A stretch of 64,000 bases of DNA, taken from positions 124,001-188,000 of IMG/VR virus record IMGVR_UViG_3300037245_001419. One strand, written 5' to 3'. A program made the position numbers and the translations under genes. The notes below the pieces were generated by a model. That model was not told the origin of the DNA and made no database searches. It worked only from the letters and a program-made list of their open reading frames with translations. Positions 60,577 through 64,000 of the stretch are shown piece by piece. Each line of letters starts with the position of its first letter. The stretch's first letter is position 1.

Positions 60577-61627
60577 TCAAGCGTTTTTTAATGCAAAGTA
60601 AATTAAATCTTCAATAGTTTTGCAGTCCTCTATTAATGAGTAGATAGTGTGATTAATATCACTACTACTTATACCTTGACCACTACCCTCAAAATCGCTT
60701 TCAAGTTGTTTTGATGCAATGTCACGTATTGCTGTTTGTATTATCTTATTTGATGATCTATAGAGCTTAAAAACACGTTTCCAATTTTCGGCGTGTGTTA
60801 ATTCTTTAACAGGTCTTACAATATCACAAGTGATGCATTCACTCATTACTTCTTTAGGAAATGACTCTGTATTAAACATTTGTCCAACAAAATACTTTTT
60901 TATTTCAAAATCTGAACTATCACCATTAACTGAAGTTTTCCAACTGTGACCATTTTCACACGTAAGTGTTGCACTAATAAGATTTGACATATTTGGTACT
61001 CCTACCGTTTATCTATTAATAAATATAGCTTATTAATTAACCGTTGTCAATGGATTATACAAATTAATAATTAATTTTATAACCTTTTCTTAAAATTATA
61101 TCTCTAACCAATTCCCTGTCTATTGTATCACCATCAAAATCTAGGTCGGGTAGTTCTTCAGCTCTAATTTCAATAGCTTCTCTAATATCACTATCTTTTA
61201 AACCGTCAATTGGATAAATCCCCTCTATAGAGTAAAAGCTATTAAAGTATTCTATAAACTTCTTTATACAATGTTCTTTTTTATCAGCCTCTGTCATACC
61301 ATTCAAAATCTCTAAAGTCATAATTGTAACCCGTTAGTTAACTATATAATAAATATAGCTTATTAATTAACCTTTGTCAATAAGTTTCTGTATTTCGTCG
61401 GTAATAATAATATTATTTTGTGACCTGTTTTTTTCCCAATGTGCACTGTCTGGCAATACACTATTTTTACCGTCATTTGTCCATATAGTATATTTTGACT
61501 TAAAAGGTTTTTCCTTTAAAACAATATTACCTTGTAATGGGAATGTAACCTCATTGTTACAACTATTAAATTTATTGTACCCATGGATAATAACTCTTTT
61601 GCCACCAACTGTTTTAGTCTCAATCAT
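60577..61627 (-). CDS. Three early ORFs (60577-60990, 61064-61321, 61367-61627)
   Basis: 60577 has a CENGHSW.T.VNG...C zinc ribbon; promoters at 61026 and 61356. Confidence 0.6.
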
Positions 61628-61700
61628 AATAAGCCTTTAAAAAAACTGAAGTACACTATACCAATGTCAAAAAATATAATGTACTTCAGTCGGGTCGGAG

Positions 61701-61964
61701 TTAAATTACTTTAGTTAGTGTATCGGTAAGGTACTGATTAAAATCCTTTACACTTATATCCATTAATGAGCCGTCAACTTCAACCCCGTCAACATAACAA
61801 CGTTGCACCCAAGTTCTATAACACTTCATAACAACATTTTTACCGTTCAACTCAAATTTTGGATAATACCAACTATCTTTGTCCTGTTTTCTCACGGTGT
61901 TAATGTGCTTTACCGCATCAATTACTGTTTTAATCGGGGTCAATGTAATTGCTTCTTTAATCAT
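61701..61964 (-). CDS. Early cassette ORF
   Basis: Conserved RBS unit; TAACTCCGACC end. Confidence 0.65.
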   Translation of the reverse strand: MIKEAITLTPIKTVIDAVKHINTVRKQDKDSWYYPKFELNGKNVVMKCYRTWVQRCYVDGVEVDGSLMDISVKDFNQYLTDTLTKVI

Positions 61965-62077
61965 GTTTGGCACTCCTACCGTTATCTATTAATAAATATA
62001 GCTAATTAACTAAGTACTGTCAACAAAAAAACTGAAGTATACCAAATAAATTCAATATACTTCAGTTTGGGTCGGAG

Positions 62078-62491
62078 TTAATTTCTAACTTCAAATCCAT
62101 TTGTTGATGGATTATATTCCATACGCTTAATATTTTTATGTTTAAGGTAGTTTAATAGCATTCCAAACTGTGTAGTCGCTTTATATTTAGCAGTGCAAGG
62201 GTGTTGCATTGCTTTGATCTTAAAGATCTCAAACCCTCTTATAAGCTTCTGAAAATCCACTATCTTATCATCACTATAATCAAATAATACTTTAGGGGCG
62301 TAAGGCATAAAATAGTCATCACTTGATTGAAACGTAAATTTGCATATTTCTACTAAACAGTGACGATTTTTATCAAATGATCTAATTAAAATAGAGTGCT
62401 CTCTAATATCCTTAAGAAATCGATTACTATGTGTACTACTTCCATAACTGAAGTAAATTTTCCCTAATTTCAATTGAACATAATCTAACAT
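62078..62491 (-). CDS. Early cassette ORF
   Basis: Conserved RBS unit; TAACTCCGACC end. Confidence 0.65.
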   Translation of the reverse strand: MLDYVQLKLGKIYFSYGSSTHSNRFLKDIREHSILIRSFDKNRHCLVEICKFTFQSSDDYFMPYAPKVLFDYSDDKIVDFQKLIRGFEIFKIKAMQHPCTAKYKATTQFGMLLNYLKHKNIKRMEYNPSTNGFEVRN

Positions 62492-62562
62492 TTTTTGGCA
62501 CTCCTACCGTTTATCTATTAATAAATATAGCTAATTAACTAAAGTATGTCAACCCCTAAACG

Positions 62563-63129
62563 CTAATAACCTTTATTTTTTAACATGGTTGAAATACCAC
62601 CTGTATTAGCTAAACCTTCTTTTTTAATTAGACCGTTAATACTTTTATTTAATCCTGTTATAGCTTGCTTTGCTTGACTTTCTATTATAGCCGTAAATAC
62701 TTCAGTTATAACCGTTTTTTTACGCTTTCCTACTTTGCCATTTCGAGCCATTTCAGCTACTCTATAAGCATAAAAATCATCAAGCTCCTTTATATCACCA
62801 CACTCATTAAGATACTTTGTAGATACCTTATTAGCCTTTAAAACTACTGTTATGTTCTTGAATACTTTAGTTTGTATAGTAACCATAAATAACCCCTAAA
62901 TACAATTAACTAACATTTTCTTAAGCTTCTTTCTTACTTCAGTTTTGCCGAAAAAATCCCCTTTAATGTGACCTTTTGGTGCCAGTGATATACTAAATTG
63001 AATATTATTAGGTATATCATTACATTTAGTATGTTTACGTATGTATTTTACTCTCAATAAATGACCCTGTTTAGTATCAATCATTTTAGTAATAACATGC
63101 TTTGTTTTGGTACGTGTAACAGTTTCCAT
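62563..63129 (-). CDS. Two early hypothetical ORFs (62563-62886, 62896-63129)
   Basis: GGGG-type SDs; compact ORFs. Confidence 0.55.
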
Positions 63130-63141
63130 TTTAAGCCCCTT

Positions 63142-63999
63142 TTAAGCTACTATTTTACATCTGGTTATTTTGGTCTGCTTTTGTTCTTTGTAGGTGCTGT
63201 GCTCTTTTATAGTCCCTGTAATAGTACCTTTTGTGCCATTGTCAAAAAACTTATTTGTAGACCATGAAAAGATATAATTTTCTTTAGATTGAATAGTGTA
63301 AATAAAAGTAGTACCATATTTTGTATCAAAAGAACTTACCCTTATTATTTCACATTCAAAAGATATTTTGTCTTTAACCGCTCCAAAAAATTCATTGACG
63401 GTTACTTTAGTTTCTTTTTTCTTGATTAACTCAGTACCGTTTAATAGGTAATCAAAAACAGAATAAACAACTAAACCCTTTTTAGTACTCATAGTAGTGA
63501 GTGATAAGAATATATTACGGGTAAATTCTGAATTGTCGGTTTTGATTTTATTTGTCCAGTATTCATAAAACGAATCAATATTAAACAGCTTTATAACCGC
63601 TTCAAAATCATCTATCTTTTGAACTACAATAGCGTTTACTATATCTATTGTAGTCATACCGTTATTATCGGGTTTTGCTTTTGAGTAATACCGCTTATCG
63701 TTATAGATGACATAAAAAGCTTTGTTTAAAATTTCATCAATACATTCAACGTGTTTAAAATATTCTACCTCTTCTAAATTCTGAATACTTACAAACAGCT
63801 TTGTATAGTTATCTAACTGCATTGCAATATTAACACCAAAATACTCTTTTGCACAACTACTGGCAATTTGAATAATCTCTTTTGTTTCGGTATCTTGAAA
63901 CAAGTGTACTTTTTTACGGTCTCGAATAGTATTACAGTGATCACAGTAAAATTTAACATCAAAGTAGCTACTCAAATCAAGATCATTGTCACTTCTAAA
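63142..63999 (-). CDS. Conserved large-phage protein with zinc-binding and C-terminal OB-like region (5' truncated)
   Basis: CDHC...R.R...IASSC; FFG.V.DK...TKYGTT...WST...TGTIKEH..Y...KQT..TRCK. Frame is open to the window edge. Confidence 0.65.
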   Translation of the reverse strand, partial: FRSDNDLDLSSYFDVKFYCDHCNTIRDRKKVHLFQDTETKEIIQIASSCAKEYFGVNIAMQLDNYTKLFVSIQNLEEVEYFKHVECIDEILNKAFYVIYNDKRYYSKAKPDNNGMTTIDIVNAIVVQKIDDFEAVIKLFNIDSFYEYWTNKIKTDNSEFTRNIFLSLTTMSTKKGLVVYSVFDYLLNGTELIKKKETKVTVNEFFGAVKDKISFECEIIRVSSFDTKYGTTFIYTIQSKENYIFSWSTNKFFDNGTKGTITGTIKEHSTYKEQKQTKITRCKIVA

Positions 64000-64000
64000 A

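Larger units (their letters stand above)
45901..62067 (-). repeat. Hairpin family B: ACTGAAGTA(TA)...(TA)TACTTCAGT with variable interior
   Basis: Copies at about 45901, 49589, 56850, 59076, 61639 and 62025; half-copies at 44095 and 50455; most have an A-run on one side (U-tract on the minus strand). Confidence 0.75.
36261..62552 (-). promoter_or_regulatory. Family of ~34 early sigma70 promoters with a dyad in the spacer
   Basis: Minus-strand consensus TTGACA-N4-5-TAGTTAATTAACTA-T(C/A)TT-TAATAATAGATAA-(CGGT)AGGAG. Perfect dyads at 39444, 40275, 47666, 48576, 49053, 50830, 52018, 52274, 58658, 59051, 60160, 60556, plus about 20 variants. Confidence 0.9.

Noticed and set aside
57654-61973. Shared MPNM N-terminus of several early proteins (57654, 59133, 61701)
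   Set aside because: Artefact of the ORF caller using GTG inside the conserved RBS unit AGGAGTGCCAAAC-ATG. The equivalent unit at 60125 has GCG, so the true start is the second Met.
55288-62078. Integron attC sites (TAAC...hairpin...GTTGAC)
   Set aside because: The GTT belongs to the -35 box and does not fit GTTRRRY; no L boxes with extrahelical bases and no integrase in the window. Kept only as a loose analogy.
36261-62552. CRISPR array
   Set aside because: Repeats are separated by 200-900 bp ORFs, contain -35/-10/SD elements, and no cas genes are present.
1-64000. Stop-codon reassignment
   Set aside because: Genes tile densely under code 11, and TAG/TGA end well-bounded genes (e.g. regA ends in TAG).

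Overview
This AT-rich window (roughly 32% GC by eye) looks like part of a large T4-like (Tevenvirinae-related) jumbo myophage genome. Support: RegA, a gp3-like tail terminator, a gp68-like core protein, a Tail_P2_I-like baseplate protein and seven TATAAATA late promoters. Layout: (1) 1-6.4 kb, baseplate and tail-fibre genes. (2) 7.3-17.2 kb, a ~10 kb glycosylation island (about 7 glycosyltransferase-like genes, 2 methyltransferases, an NDP-sugar epimerase, a short UDP-glucose dehydrogenase). (3) 17.2-20.2 kb, late genes including five small proteins with capsid-targeting-like N-termini. (4) 20.3-32.5 kb, accessory genes: a NADAR+macrodomain pair, a degenerate DNA ligase, and at least 9 members of an unnamed paralogue family. 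(5) 32.7-34.7 kb, AP2-like and XRE regulators. (6) 35-64 kb, a minus-strand early region of small ORFs with a CCA-adding enzyme, lipoproteins and an interrupted tRNA-like gene. The most striking structure is regulatory. About 34 near-identical sigma70 promoters carry a 14-bp dyad (TAGTTAATTAACTA) in the -35/-10 spacer. In several cassettes the ORF is bracketed by an imperfect inverted repeat that would pair its Shine-Dalgarno with the sequence right after its stop codon. An ACTAAAGT/ACTTTAGT 8-mer is scattered across the window far above chance. All calls come from reading motifs by eye; no database searches were run and counts are manual.
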